Assembly (NCBI RefSeq): GCF_006345805.1
Contig: NC_043015.1
Span: 16,368,001-16,432,000, forward strand
DNA length: 64,000 nt
Direction of reading: 5' to 3'
From: Octopus sinensis
Taxonomy: Eukaryota
Shown here: piece after piece, positions 1-13,971 of the stretch
Numbering within the stretch: the stretch's first letter is position 1
Layout of the letters: each line of letters starts with the position of its first letter
Program-made: the position numbers and the translations under genes
Notes under the pieces: model-generated
What the model was told of the DNA's origin: nothing
What the model saw: the letters and a program-made list of their open reading frames with translations, nothing else
The model's database searches: none

Positions 1-471
1 ATAATAGGTGTAACCAGTCTTATATTTAATTGACAGCTAGATAAAATACCAAGGACTATTTTGTGAATGACTTTTCACAGCTCCTGACACGAGTGTTCCT
101 AATTCTTCTCAAGCAGCAATTTATTTCTGGTGCTGCTTGCTTAAGTTAAAGTGACTCTTTTACACTGTGTCATCTAAATTATCACTGGGTACTTTTGTTG
201 AGACTAAGGCTAACAGAGAGTAGCAGATGCTGTCTTCATGACAGAAGGTGTTTATAAGTTTGTGTACACACACACACACCCCTCTCTCTCTTTCAGAGAA
301 GCACTGAGCAGCTATACGCACACATACACACACGGCAGTAACTTCCACCTACCGAATTCAATCACAAAGCTCCGGTCGGCTTGAGGCTATAGTGGAAGAC
401 ACCTACCCAAAGTGCCACGCAGTGGGACTGAACCCGAAACCATGTAAGAGAGAGAGAGAGAAAGAGAGATA

Positions 472-1149
472 CAGGGTGTCACCATTTTATATCTTTAATT
501 TCACACACACGCATTGTTTGCTTTTGCTTTTGTCAATTACACAGTATAAACAACATGCTGTACTGCCTGGCATTCACGTCTCAAGCTCCAATACGAACAT
601 TTCAGAGTGTTTGGTGTCAATCTGAGGACATGTACCGAGAGTGATAAAAATCAAGCAGCCAGTCAACCTCATAGTGTTTGGCGTGATCACTAGTGATGGC
701 GATGTTATGCTTCCATTCATCTTCCCACATGGCTTCAGACTCAACACAGAGGCCTACATTAAGTGCCTGCCCTGGGTCAGGAGGGTGGCTGCTGAAAGAC
801 TATGTGTGGAAAAAGGACTCTGCACCATGCCACACAAGCAGGAGAATTTAGTCATCACTGTCAGACAATTTCTGTGACCATGTTACTCTAACATCTGGCC
901 ACCAAACTCGCCAGACTGCAACTCCATTATTATGTGCAGGGTGCAGTTGAGCAAGAGACCAACAAAATTCCTTTGCAACACCAAAGATGAACTGAAGGCA
1001 AGAATTATGGCAGCATCATTGAATAAATTTACTGTTTAGTATTTCAAGATATTTTTATGTAATTTTGGTAAATATATCTGTTAAAATAAGATGTCAGTGT
1101 TACTTTCATTTTTGTGCAATTTAGACTAAGGTTTATTCACTGCACCCTG
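472..1149 (+). mobile_element. Internally deleted Tc1/mariner transposon
   Basis: TA-CAGGGTG...CACCCTG-TA ends. Transposase remnants VFGVITSDGDVMLPFIFPHGFRLNTEAYIKCL and WPPNSPDCN. Confidence 0.8.
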
Positions 1150-1441
1150 TATATATATGTGTTCAGAAATGATTGATATGTGCAACACAGTCTTGAATTC
1201 TGTGCCTGATAACTAGAAGAACTAAAAAAAAGTTTTTTTTTTAATTAAAACGAAATAAACATAAAAGAAAACAGTTATATTGCACAATGCTCATACACTA
1301 GCTTAGTTGAAGAACCATACATTCCTTCTCAAAAGCTGCAAAAAAAAACAAAACAAAAAAAAAATCTCATCACACACACACAACCATCAAATCAATGCTG
1401 ATTAGAAATTTCAAATGCAAGCTGAAAAGAATTTGACATAC

Positions 1442-1515
1442 CTGTATCTATGTACAAATACACCCTTGAATATATAAGTCAGCATGTTTCTTATCTCTTC
1501 TTGGTTTTCTTCAAG
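1442..1515 (-). CDS. STAG1: Cohesin SA coding exon 7 (74 nt); gene continues left of the window
   Basis: ttccag|CTT GAA...TAC AG|GTATGT. Peptide LEENQEEIRNMLTYIFKGVFVHRYR contains the conserved IFKGVFVHRYR motif. Confidence 0.97.
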
Positions 1516-1550
1516 CTGGAAAATTAATTTCAATACGAAAATATTTACAG

Positions 1551-1835
1551 TTCTATATTTAAGAGATGTGGAATTATGTACATTATTTATATTTGACAGA
1601 TATTTGTCCTCATCTTGTTTATTGTTAACACGTTTTGGCTGATACACCCTCCAGTCTTCATCAGGTTTTCTTGGGGAAATTTTGAACCTGGGTTCTCATT
1701 CCTAAGGTATTTTTTGATGTTGTTATTATTATTATTAAGGTCACTGCCTGGAATCGAACTAGGAATCTTGGGGTTAGTAGCCTGCGCTCTTAACCACTAC
1801 GCCATATGCCTGTGGGCATATGGTGTAGTTGTTAA
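1551..1835 (-). mobile_element. tRNA-headed SINE-like element with degenerate hammerhead core (copy A)
   Basis: Minus strand: A box TGGCGTAGTGG, B box AGTTCGATTCC, (AAT)n linker, then CTGATGA-agactgg...cagcc-AAAAC. A short inverted head duplication forms a palindrome centred near 1812. Confidence 0.75.
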
Positions 1836-2294
1836 ATGCATTATTAATATTCATAATACTGCTTTGAAGCAAATCCCAGCATTCCTAAGTTAGTCAACTT
1901 TTATGGATATGACAAAACTGAATGCTCTTTTTATCTCTTCAGAAAATCCATACAAGACACACAACTGAGTAGTTGTAAACTATGAACTTCATAGAAACTA
2001 ATATTAAAATTGGATGCATTCTTATCTATGTAATTTCCTAGTCATTCCACACACTGCTTGATTGTTCACTAATACTTAAACTTAAAAAGCAAACCACTTA
2101 GTTGACTTATGTTGTATAAAGCATCAAGTATTTGATTCTAAATATATCAATGGATGGTTAAATTAAAGTAAAATAACTTTGCTTAGCAAATAGCTGTGGA
2201 TGTTACATTTTTATTTTTTATGTGTTCCAGACCAAAGGTTGCATCCATCCTGGGGCATCACCATTTTTTTCTTGTTAATTTTTTTTAGGCTTAA

Positions 2295-2502
2295 CCCTCC
2301 AGCATTTAAACCAGCCATATTGAACCCAAATATGCTACCTGTTTTACATTCAAATCAGCCAGACCTATCTTTCAATGTCATTCTAAAAATACACAATCAC
2401 ATTATTGAAATTTCAAAGCTACAAGATAATACATGATTAATTAAAAACAATGTGAATGAAACAGCATTACATTTGACAGAATAATCCGAATAGTATAAAG
2501 GG
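2295..2502. mobile_element. piggyBac-type MITE
   Basis: TTAA-CCCT...AAAGGG-TTAA termini; no coding capacity. Confidence 0.65.
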
Positions 2503-5066
2503 TTAAATGCTTATCAGTATTATGAGAATAGACAGATACATACATCAGCAGACAAGACAGCAGATATTCAAATATGCTGACTTACACTGTAGAATTTCCA
2601 TAGCTTACTGTATCAAAAGCTTTTATAATCAATGAAACTTAGTACAGGTCTGGTTGTACATTCATTGTCCTTGTCAATGATGTTTCATAGGTTGTGCGCA
2701 GCATTAACTGTTCTGTTACTCTCAAACCATTACTTTTTCTATTAGTGAGTACTCAATTCTGTTGAGTCCTTTCATATTACACCCTTATGTATTTCAATTA
2801 ATATGTTAACCGTTACAGCCTGTTACTGAAACTTACCAATGACACCATGTATTTTTGGTCACACTGCATACTCTTTAATCACAAATAAATTTAATATTTT
2901 TACATTTTTACTATATTTCATAATTTTAATGTTTAGCACTCATGTTATTTAAATATCCTCAAAACCATGTCAAAGATACACAATGAAAATGTACCACCAG
3001 AGGTGCATATGTGAAGTTTATGTGAAGTTTGCAATGAACCACTGGTGGTACATGTAGCAGTTAACATGTTAAATACTGTAGATTTTGTAAAATAACTACT
3101 TCTTTATTGGTGTATGAGTGTGGTGTTTGGAATACTAAAGTTTTTAAATAAAACTGTAGCTGATGTTTAGTCATAAAATTACATTAATTACAAGTAAGTC
3201 TGTTTTATCATTTACTTGTTTCAGTCATTAGACTATGGCCATGCTGGGGCACTGCCTTCAAAAATTTTTAGGTGAATGGATCAACCCTAGTACTTATTCT
3301 ATCAGTCTCTTTTGCTGAATTGCTAAGTTACTGGGATATAAACACACCAACACCACTTGTTAAGCAGTAGTGGGGGACAATAACACACACATATATACAT
3401 ATGTATATATGACAGGCATCATTCAGTTCCTGTCAACCAAATCCATTCACAAGCTTTGATTGGCTTGTGGTTATAGCAGAAGACACTTGCCCAAGGTGCT
3501 ATGCAGTGAAATTGAACTCAGAACTATGTGGTTAGGAAGTAAGCTTCTTACCACTTATTTTTTGTTTAGATATTGTTTAGATATTGCTAGCATGGGTTGG
3601 ACGGTTCAACTGGGGCTTCACAGACCCCAGTTGAACCGTCCAACCCATGCTAGCATGGAAAACGGACGCTAAACGATGATGATGATGATATTACAATATA
3701 GAGATTTTAGCTAGTTTACAACTGGAATATATAATAGAATTAGTGTAGTATAAGTGTGTACTTTACTAGAACTGCAAGTGAAGTTGCGTAAAAAAAAAAA
3801 GCATGTGCACCACCAAAGTAAAATACCAATTAAATTGAAGAAAACCACAATGAAATAATCTGGATTTGCATACATAATGAGGATGAAAACATTCACTAAT
3901 AAAAGATACAGATAAGGAAATAATTTTATTCTCAAATGCAGGATAATGCTAATAATATAGCATGAACGGGATAAACTACCCATATTTTGCAGAAAAATCT
4001 CCTTATCTTTCAATACATCTCAATGCTTCTAAAGCAAACTTTGTTTGTTGACTTTCAAAGTAAGTTGAATTTAATTCATTAATAAAGTAATTTGTCACAC
4101 ATTTTACAAATAAATTTAAAATTTCAGGGACATAAGTTGGCATTAGGAAGGATACCCAGCTGTAAAATTGTCCTCAAAAAGCCTTATCCTATCTCTGCCA
4201 GCTTCTGTGCAATGAAAACCAGAAAATTAATTTAATTAATTTTCCAGTGATTCTTCTTTCTTTTTTTTTTTATGTTGGCGTTTTCAGCATAGACTTTTAG
4301 CTTGGCTTCTGTCTTAATGTTCTTGCTTGATGGGGCTGGGGTCATTCCAAGTTAGTGGTCACAGTTAGTGTTATCATGCATAGAGCTGACTGGGTCCACT
4401 AGTGCTCTCCATCGCTGGTGGTCTAGTGCCAACCCCACTACATCCTCATCAAGCCTCTGGAGATTTTCCCCAATCCTGTCAAGCACACAGCAGCTGCAGG
4501 CTGGAAGACTTTTGCATATCAATTTTCTTCTACTTACAGAGGAGCCTGAATTCAGAATTTCTGCTGATAGCTTTCTTCATCCTCCCTATAGTTTTATATA
4601 TATCTAAATATATTTGCACCTTCATGAACTCCCTATTCACATACCTGAACAATTATCTACCATTCCATTTATATTCACATCCTTGTACCTTGAGAGTATG
4701 CCCTGGCACATTTCTTTCTCTCAAACTGGAATAACCATTCAACAGCAAGACACCTGTTTCTGTCTTTCTATAATGGTTTAACTCACATCACCTGGCATAA
4801 AACCACCATCTTCAACACCACACTCCCTCTCAGTTAAGGGATCTTTATCTTACAAGACCTCACCAATGCTGGTGCCACATAAAAAGCATCCAGTCCACTC
4901 TGTAAAGTAGTTGACATTAGGAAGGGCATCCAGCTGTAAAAACCATGTCAAAGCAGACAGTGGAGCTTGGCGCAATTCCCAGTTAACCAGTTCCTGTCAA
5001 ACAATCCAACCCTTGCCAGCATGGAAGATGGACTTTAAATGATGATGATGATGATGATATATATAA

Positions 5067-5101
<35 letters not shown>

Positions 5102-5579
5102 TACAAACACACGGACATCATGAATAGTCATCCTCAACTGCTTAGCAACTTCTGCTTGAAACTGCAGATGGTTGTATCACTTTGCAAATTGGTATATTGA
5201 AAAAGAAAAAAAAAGCTTACACAATACTACTCTTATTATACAGTAAATCAGATATCACCACCACTTGTCTATCAGCTCATTATCCCTACAGCTAATTACA
5301 TATCCAGGCTTTTTTTTTTTAACTACACCATTACTTTTTTAATAAACAATCTGTTCTGGTTAGCAACAGGACAACATTTTTATCATTTTGAATGTTACCA
5401 TCCATTAAGAACTATGTTTTTCCTGGCTGTAGAGTTAAGTCTAACTGTTGGGATGGAACTTTGCTTGTTGACTTCTAGCATATAATCTTTGTTTATATGT
5501 AGTAATGTTCTTCATATCTATATTATAATGGAGAAAGCCGCTCATTAATTAGGAATGTAACAGTTACTAAAAGAAAGCA

Positions 5580-6532
5580 ATTATTAAAGGCTTAACCATT
5601 TGGAAATTTTATAAATTCACGTTCCAAGAAATTTCCTGTAATTTCAATTTCTGAAGATTATTAAATATTTGAACTACAAGTTTTTCGCAAATTTACATAT
5701 TTGCTTCATTCACTGCAGAGTAGATTTTAATGTTTAATAAACTATATTATTCATTTTCCAACAGTCTCTCACTCTCTCTCTCGCCTCTATTTTTATTAAT
5801 GATAATTTAATATATATTCATTTCAAGTTTTAATTCACTATTTGCAATACCCACAGTTTATCCTATATATGTAACGTAAAAAAATTATTTATTGAATGAA
5901 TGCTATAAGACAAAATAGCTGTATAACTTTGAAGCTTATGATATGAAGCACAATTTCAAGAATAATATCAGTTACTGGAGTTTGTTAAATGAATATTTTT
6001 TAATATACCGTTATAATTAAAAAAAAAAAAAAAAAATTAAGTGATTTTGTTGCAATAGCTGTTTGGAACTCTATAAGCCTTACAATAATAACTATGTGAT
6101 CACTGCTATTTCTAGCACGCTAAACGTATTTGGGTTGTTTAAATTTGAGATATATTACAACTACTATAAATTACTGAAAGAAATATTTACTAAGCAAGTG
6201 AAATTTTTTATAAATTGAAGTTTCCAGGAAAATTTACTTTCTGAACTTCCTTTTATTTTGAATACTTCAACTTCACAAATTCAAATATTCTGTACAGGAG
6301 AGTTTTTAACAAGCTTTTATAGGTTTGACTCTCTGGAAAATTTTTATAAATTCTTCTGTTAATATATATTGATAAAAAGGCAGTTTCGAAGCGTCTGTTA
6401 TTATTTTAATATTACAAATTTAAATATTTGTTGCCAAGCTTTACATTCACTGCAGAGTAGGTTTTAACATTTGATAAACAATATTAATATGTTCTGGCGA
6501 AATTTTTCATTTTCATTTGCAACACAGTCTCT

Positions 6533-6582
<50 letters not shown>

Positions 6583-6980
6583 CCTCTAATTGTTTTCATT
6601 AATAATAATGTGATTCTTTCATTTCAGGTTTTATTTCATTATTTCACATGAGGAAATCAGGTATTTTGTTGACTTAAATTTGCTGTGTGAATGCCCTCAA
6701 TTTATTATTTAAACACACTGGAAAAAATATATTGTACAACTTATTAAAACTTACTGAAGCTTCAAACTCATGTGACTTATTCCCTTTCCATCATTATCTA
6801 AGAATTATCAAGTGAATTTGTTGCTATGGCTATTTGATACGCTATAGGTATTAAAATATCCCTATGTGATCACTGCTATTTTTTTACACACTAAACATAT
6901 AGTTGGGCTACCTTGATGCTTGCTTTAAAAAGAGAGATTATTACTGTGATAAAAAAATGTGATAAAATATTAAGCAAGTG
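5580..6980. repeat. Old, diverged ~750-bp tandem duplication
   Basis: Shared blocks ATTCACTGCAGAGTAG (about 5707 and 6445), ACAGTCTCT followed by (CT)n, CTATGTGATCACTGCTATTT (about 6092 and 6862) and TAAGCAAGTGA (about 6191 and 6971). Confidence 0.7.
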
Positions 6981-6989
6981 AGCACTATT

Positions 6990-7320
6990 CATCATCATCA
7001 TCATCATTTAGCGTCCGTTTTCCATGCTAGCATGGGTTGGGCGGTTTAACTGGGGTCTGTGAAGCCGGAAGGCTTCATCAGGCCCAGTCAGATTTGGCAG
7101 TGTTTCTACGGCTGGATGCCCTTCCTAACGCCAACCACTCCGCGAGTGTAGTGGGTGTTTTTTACGTGCCACCTGCACAGGTGCCAGACAGAGCTGGCAC
7201 AACGGCCACGAACGGATGGTGCTTTTACGTGTCACCGGCACGGGGCCAGCCGAGGCTGGCAACGAACATGAGCGGATGGTGCTTTTACGTGCCACCGACA
7301 CGGGGCCAGACAGAGCTGGC
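6990..7320 (-). mobile_element. SINE with AGGAAGGGCATCCAGC domain and (GAT)n tail, with internal ~60-bp tandem triplication
   Basis: Tail GGACGCTAAATGATGATG. Related copies near 3580-3690, 4850-5057, 7985-8175, 10190-10378, 26440-26545, 50030-50250, 51540-51800 and 60370-60480. Superfamily (Meta-like) is recalled, not verified. Confidence 0.7.
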
Positions 7321-9192
7321 AAGAAATAATTAGACGTAAAATATCATAAAAATTATTAGAATTGGGAATCAAATGTGGAAATATTATCAAGTGGCTAGCA
7401 GAAAATTGCTCAGAGTGTGGTCTTTCTGCTAGTATAGACAAATGGATATTTGATTCCATGGATTATGTAGTTAGAAATAGTAAACTTTGCCAAACTATGA
7501 GTTGACTCTTATTAATAAGCTCCTTATTCCTGTACTTGTAATTGCAAAGCAGATAAAAAAAAATTAATTTGCCTCTTGTCTTTGTATGTAATCACTAGCA
7601 AATTTCTTTTCTACCATTTGATTATACTATTTCTTTGTTAAGATTTTTCATTTTTGATATCCAATAAGTCCTTTGGCTATTTGGAAAGACTGTGGTACAC
7701 ATTCAAACTGCCTTAGTTTCTAAATCTGCTGCAGGCTTAACCAAACTGAAAAAACAGTTAAAAAAATATATGGGCTTGGTTATGGTAAAGAAGCGAAAAT
7801 TCCTAAACTATATCATACCATAGGGTGTGCTTACTTGCATCACTGTTTTTCTTCTCCATATAACAATGAAAACTAAGCATTATCCTATGTTCACCTCACA
7901 AATTTTGATATACATTTTGGCTGGCATATATTGCTGGAGACACATCAAGTTTTTACACATCACTTTGTCAATGAACAGTTTTTTCTCATCATCATCAAAG
8001 TTCCACTTCCCATGCTGGCATGGAGTAGATGGTTTGATGGGAGGTGGTAAGCCAGAAGGCTGTGCCAAGCTCTACCATTAGCTTAGGCATAGTTTCTACA
8101 GCTGTATGACCTTCCTAATGCCAATCATTTTACAAAATGTACTGGGTGTCTTCTATGTGGTACCAGCACCAGCGAGGTCATACTTTTTTTCTGGCTGGAA
8201 TTAAAATTTCAATGTATAGGATGGGTCTTTTTAATTGATCAATTTCAAGTCATTGTCAAGATTGTGATTGGATCATTGTGATTGAATCCAGTTTCAAAGT
8301 GAAACAGTTTTTTTTTTTCTTTGTTTCGATTCACTGAAGACTCATCGTCATCAGCTTCAACTGACTTTTTTAACCATTTATCCATAACATGAAGGACTGA
8401 GTAAATACGAAAATATCGAATTTAGAAGGACAGATAATTTCGACTTACCGAGAGATTTGACAGAATTAAAATACAACATTTGGGATCATGCAAACTTCTA
8501 CAATTAATGATAAATGTCATTTCAATCAATGTGATGCTATTTAAACTGTTTATCTGATAGATTCTATTGATCTATTAACCGTCTAGCTGCTGTCTATTCC
8601 AATCATTTCATTGGCTAATTGATAGCCTCAATAATTTATAAACTTACTAGTGAAATCCATAATGTCTTATTTATTTAAATTTTTTGCTATTTAAATGTGA
8701 AACAAAACGTTTTATAACTGTTTCAACGTCTCTATACCCTATCAGTAAATACTAACACTAATACAAAACCTTGAAGTAGCAACTGTTATCGGCTCGATCA
8801 GTGTTATACTTCGCCTAGTTAAAGTTCTCTATAAATAGGTAAAAATAGACCTTTCCTTTTTACGATTACGTACGAATAAATAATTTGAGAAAATGACAAC
8901 CTCTGATTTGTTAAGTTCGTGAAAAAGCCTACTGCTTGATAAAACAACAAGTCTGGTATTGAAAACATAAGTCTTGAACTATCTCAATAGACAGCAGTTA
9001 ATCAAAGATAATGCGTAATTTTATAACTTTTTGCGACCCACTAAGATTCCGTTTGTGACCCATCTGTGGGTCGCGACTCATAGTTTGGGAACCACTGTGT
9101 TACAGCATAATCTTGGGCCCAGTGAAAACAAGTTACACATTTGACTGGAAGCTATCTCTCAAACATGGGTCTGCCAGAATGAACTGAAATAT

Positions 9193-10535
9193 TGTTGTGG
9201 AAGGATTCCGACCACCCGTCAAGTGACTAAAAGCAGACTGCCTCATTGTTATAAATTAAAGAGCTGTGAGCAATTGACAGTTCGGGTTTGTAAACAGTTC
9301 AGAGATAGAAGTGACTGAGAGCGTTGAGTATAGTAGTGCATTATGTAGATACTTTCTTTCCTCACTGCTTCTATATATTATATATCCAATACAAGGATAT
9401 AAAAGTGATGACAAGTTGTTTGGAGCTTGCGCTGAACATTAAAATTTTTTTTTTCTTGATATGAAACCAAAGAAAAAATCATTTAGCACAGAGAACTTAT
9501 TGGCCTCCAAGGTGCAGTTGCAACAGTAGCAGCAGCAACAACAACAACAACAAAACCAACAGTTGTTGGAATTAATGTTGAAGAAGTCTGAAAATACTTC
9601 AGGTTTGTACTCACCAGACAGCATAGCAAACTCAATTGAAGAATTCAGCTATACTCCATATTGTGTATATTTTCATAGATTAGAAGAAATCTCCAAAGAA
9701 GAGTGTAAAAATTGTTTTTTTCCCTATTTTTTCTATATGTATCAACCTGCAAAACTTTAACTGTGGAAGACAATGTGACCCCACTGTCACTATTGAGGAC
9801 AGTTAAAGGTGAAGAAGTTAAATTTGTTACTGTACGATGGACTAAAACCACAGCTTTCAATACTGGGAAAGTGTAGGGAACGCCATCGAAAAGAATGTAA
9901 AAGTTAGTCTGACAAGGAAAATGTATGACTACTTTTAAGAAAGAAATCTCCATGGAAATATTGTATGACATTTTTGAGGTATCAACACCCAAACAATTTG
10001 AAACTACACATTCTAGCACCAGAAAACAGAAAAGAACGGAAACACTGGAACTGAACTCTAAGTGTTAAAACTCTGAGCGGAGTTCAATTCTCAAAAGGGG
10101 AGAGGTGAGGGGAAACTAATTCTAAAAAGGAGAAATGTTGTAAAAGGATTCCGACCACCACTCAAGTGACTAAAGGTGGACTGTCTCATTACTTGCCCGT
10201 GGCACGTAAAAAGCACCCACTACACTCTCGGAGTGGTTGGCATTAGGAAGGGCATCCAGCTGTAGAAACTGCCAAATCAAGATTGGAGCCTGGTGCAGCC
10301 ATCTGGTTTGCCAGCCCTCAGTCAAAATCGTCCAACCCATGCTAGCATGGAAAGCGGACGTTAAACGATGATGATGATAAGCAATTGACAGTTCAGGTTG
10401 GTAAGCAGTTCACTGTGAGCCATGGTTGAGAGTGTAGAGTCTTGTGTAATATTAATTTTGTAGTGTAAATACTTTCTTTTCCTCCTGCTTTGTTATATTA
10501 CATATCCAATACATGGACATAAAAGTTATTTAACA
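9193..10535 (+). mobile_element. Internally deleted Gypsy-type LTR retrotransposon, with a SINE inserted in its 3' LTR (about 10190-10378)
   Basis: Direct repeats TGTTGT..AAGGATTCCGACCAC at 9193 and 10136 ending ..ACA (9413, 10535). Purine tract before the 3' LTR. Gag-like remnant YSPDSIANSIEEFSY. Confidence 0.75.
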
Positions 10536-10785
10536 GCAAGCCTCAGTGCAGGTCTTATCATTGGTATGCATAAATACAAGTGATAACTTGGCAGAGTTTA
10601 CCCATAGAAAATTGTAACAGGAACTGTGTATAAATTTAGAGGTATAAACTCATTAATAGCCATTAATATTGAAGTTTTCATTATACATAGCAAATGTAAA
10701 TTGAATGCATTATTTTCAGGTGACAGAGGTGAAAGAGAAATTATCAAACGGTTTCATTTTGTAAAGATAGGAAAGCTGAAAATAC

Positions 10786-10937
10786 CTCTTGTCGTTTGGT
10801 CATTAACAGGTCAAGTCTTTCAGTAGCTCGCTTGTTCTGATTTTTTTGTCTTTCAGATTCATACTGACGTTGTGTGTTGTCAAGATTAATGCTGAGATTT
10901 AAAGCAACATCTACCAACGCTGTCATTAATTTCATGG
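10786..10937 (-). CDS. STAG1: Cohesin SA coding exon 6 (152 nt)
   Basis: ttgtag|CC ATG AAA...CAA GAG|GTATTT. Peptide [51 protein letters not shown]. Phases 1 and 0. Confidence 0.97.
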
Positions 10938-11599
10938 CTACAAAAAGAATATGGTTTTGGTTTGAAGTTAAAAACAAATGGAATCTTTTTACAATTCTAA
11001 TTCTTCAGTAGTTCATTCAGTCAGCTTAATATATTATTAATGCTTCATGAACATGAGTAGAAATGGAATTCTTAAAAATGTGAATTTTGTGGTATATAAA
11101 TTTGGTTTATGAGTACATTTGAAGTGAGAAATACATGACACAGTCATCATACAAGAGCTATTTTAACCATCCAAAATTAGACAAAACTATTAACTTAAAA
11201 TTTTTATTTTTAGGTGTTAAAAAAAAATGACAAGTGAATTTAATACATTTTATATGCTTTTTTATAACTAAGAAATTTAAAATGTAAAATAACCCAAACC
11301 TGAAGAAAGTACAATAGGTGATTTTATTGCAAAAGGCAGTAGAAAAAATTCCAACAATATAACAGGCAATGAAGATGACGTGAAAGAAATAAACAAGCTG
11401 ACTAATCAGTTTTGTCAAAGAAACAATTCAGACGTCAACAACACTCTATTCTAGTATCTTTAGAAAAATTATATATAAGTAGGTGTCACTATGAATTTTT
11501 GAAAATATTTAAATTTAACTCCTATTGTATTTTTTCTTGTGAAAGTTGGATGAATATTTTAGGAAATATGACAATCTGAATGGTCAACGAATTGGTCAA

Positions 11600-12240
11600 A
11601 ATATTGCCTAACTGGTCTAAATGAATGAATAGCTATATTTGTGGTGTCATATCTTTGAACCTGAAGTAATAATCATCTGCAAATTATACAAATTAATAGT
11701 GTCCTGCTGTTATTTCAAAGAAACCTTTCTCTCCATCAGGTGTCATAATATTTGCTTTTGTGTCTTCATAAAGCTTTGCTATTGCATTGAGAAGATTTGG
11801 AAGTATGTTATAAGCTTTCAGGATTTTGAGCATCTTGCCTGTGGGTGCAATCAAAAGCCTTCTTGAAATCAACACACAGGACAACAGCTTTTCTATTGTA
11901 TGCTTTGACCTCTTCGATTAACCTTCTCAGAATCAGAATGTGCATTGCTGTGGATCTACCTGGTCAAAATCCATTCTGATTTTATTGTAGATGTTTAGTG
12001 ATGATTGGTTGTAATCAGTTAAGGATCATTTTGTCGATGAATTTGACTACTATTATTGAAGAGAATGCAATGCCTCTATAGCTCTTTATATTGCTGGTAT
12101 CTGATTTGGGAATAGGGAGCAGGTCTAACTCTGATAATTGTTCTTATTCAGTTTGTTTGCAAAGTATAGCACAATTTCATCAAAATTGCATCTTTTCAAT
12201 GCCAAATTTGTTGCATTGTCAGTTGGAAATCATCATCATC
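11600..12240 (-). mobile_element. RTE-clade LINE reverse transcriptase fragment
   Basis: Minus frames: LILRRLIEEVKAYNRKAVVLCVDFKKAFD and KMLKILKAYNILPNLLNAIAKLYEDTKANIMTPDGEKGFFEITAG. Confidence 0.8.
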
Positions 12241-12344
12241 ATTATTTTAACAGCTAAAACAAAGAAAAGCACATATGGTAGGTATAAAGTGTGAGGAATT
12301 TTCAATAACTTTATAATACAGCAATGAAATCTATTTTACTTTAC

Positions 12345-12549
12345 CTGCTAGTGTACTTGTATGTCTGAAAGCTCGCACTTGAGAATCAGTAAGACCAGTT
12401 AACAGGGAAATAACATTATCCATCATATATTGATCATATATAATGCTGTACTGACACTGACGAACTAATGTCTGAACAAATTCACAATAGTTTGTTTTAA
12501 ACTTTTTCCACTGTGGTCCCGTCATAATCAACGGGTAATCTCCACTTTC
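12345..12549 (-). CDS. STAG1: Cohesin SA coding exon 5 (205 nt)
   Basis: ttgcag|GAA...GCA G|GTAAAG. Peptide [68 protein letters not shown] includes the conserved [10 protein letters not shown] motif. Confidence 0.97.
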
Positions 12550-12714
12550 CTGCAATAAAAAATTTTCTTAATTTAAAATCATGATTGTATCAAGAAAAAA
12601 ATGGCTGTTGTAGTATGATACTACATAGTAGTAATTAGCAAATAAATTATTAAAACTTTCACATTCACACTTGTTTAGAATTCGTAATTGTAAAGAACAA
12701 AGAAAAAATGGAAT

Positions 12715-13300
12715 CTAGATTCTTCCTCCTCCATTGCTAACTTGGTCGCCTAAGTAACAGAAGCCATTTACTACTTCTAATGATCCCACTGAGCATTTGA
12801 GGAAGTCTATTGTCTGCACATTTGCCTCAAACAAAGACTATATTCCCTGTTAATCTTCTTGTGATACTGCTTATGTGTCCAAAGTTTGCACTGGGTACAA
12901 GGTATGGAGTGTCTGCCAACACCATATTGAGCAGGGCCATCTCCTTGAAGGGACTTGTGATTTGTTTGTTTTCCTACTTATTAGGACTTGCCTAGAAATT
13001 TTGTGTATTGTACATAGAAGGATGACAAATCTGTATGATATAACTTCTCTCAAGTTTGTTGGGTTTTAGAATTAAGAATTTGGTCAGCTTTCAGAATTTG
13101 ATAACTTGACAGTATTGGTACAAGTAGTTCTAGATATTACTGAGTGCAGGAATTCCTTCAAGTCTTTAGTTGTGTAGTGAGACATGTTAGCACTATTTTG
13201 TTGTGGTGGCATAGCACAGTTGTGTTTTGCCCATTTCATCCATTTACTTCTGGCTGCGGATGACACACATGACAACTTCTGCCCAAGACAAAAACACCTC
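12715..13300 (-). mobile_element. RTE-like LINE fragment with Cys-rich insert in the RT region
   Basis: Minus frames: WPCSIW...SIPCTQCKLWTHK...LEVVNGFCYLGDQVSNGGG, frameshifted. Confidence 0.6.
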
Positions 13301-13971
13301 ATTGAAATTATTCTTAGTTTTTTTTTACTCTAATAATTGCACAGCTATCAACAGAAACAAAAAGTATAAGTCAAACAACTGATATATTGCAATTGAAACA
13401 ATATAACTGGAAGAGCATATATGGTTGCTATGTAGTAAACAAAACTGAACGAAACTCAATTAGACTGAACCTCTCAGTTGCTGCACTCACTATCTGTTGA
13501 TGCTGAAAGTTATAACCCAAAAGATATGTTGAATTTCAAATCTGTTCACTCCATGGTAATGTGCAAATCTGTACAATACAATGACAAAATAAACTGATGA
13601 CACACTATCTTAACTTTGCTCTTCTAATTTAACTTTTGGGTTATAACTAGTGCCTTGATTATGATCTTTCTATGTGTAGAATTTCAACCACTGAATTATG
13701 ACATCTATTCATCAACAAGCCTTACTTACTTATATTACAACACAGTCATTTATATCCCATGCATAAATTTCTAGTTAGGTTCTTCAATGATTTGAACTGA
13801 TAAAACACATTTTTAAGTTAACTTTAGAAAAAAGTTGGATGCCACCATAACACTAAGACTAGCAGATGAACAACTAATTTAGTTTACTCAAGTGAAATAG
13901 GAAATTTTAGACTATGAAAGAAAATTTTATCACTTCATATTTGCGAAAAAAGAATATGCATATATATTTAC

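Noticed and set aside
7150-7320. Repeat array resembling CRISPR
   Set aside because: Contiguous tandem units without unique spacers, inside a eukaryotic SINE, with no cas genes.
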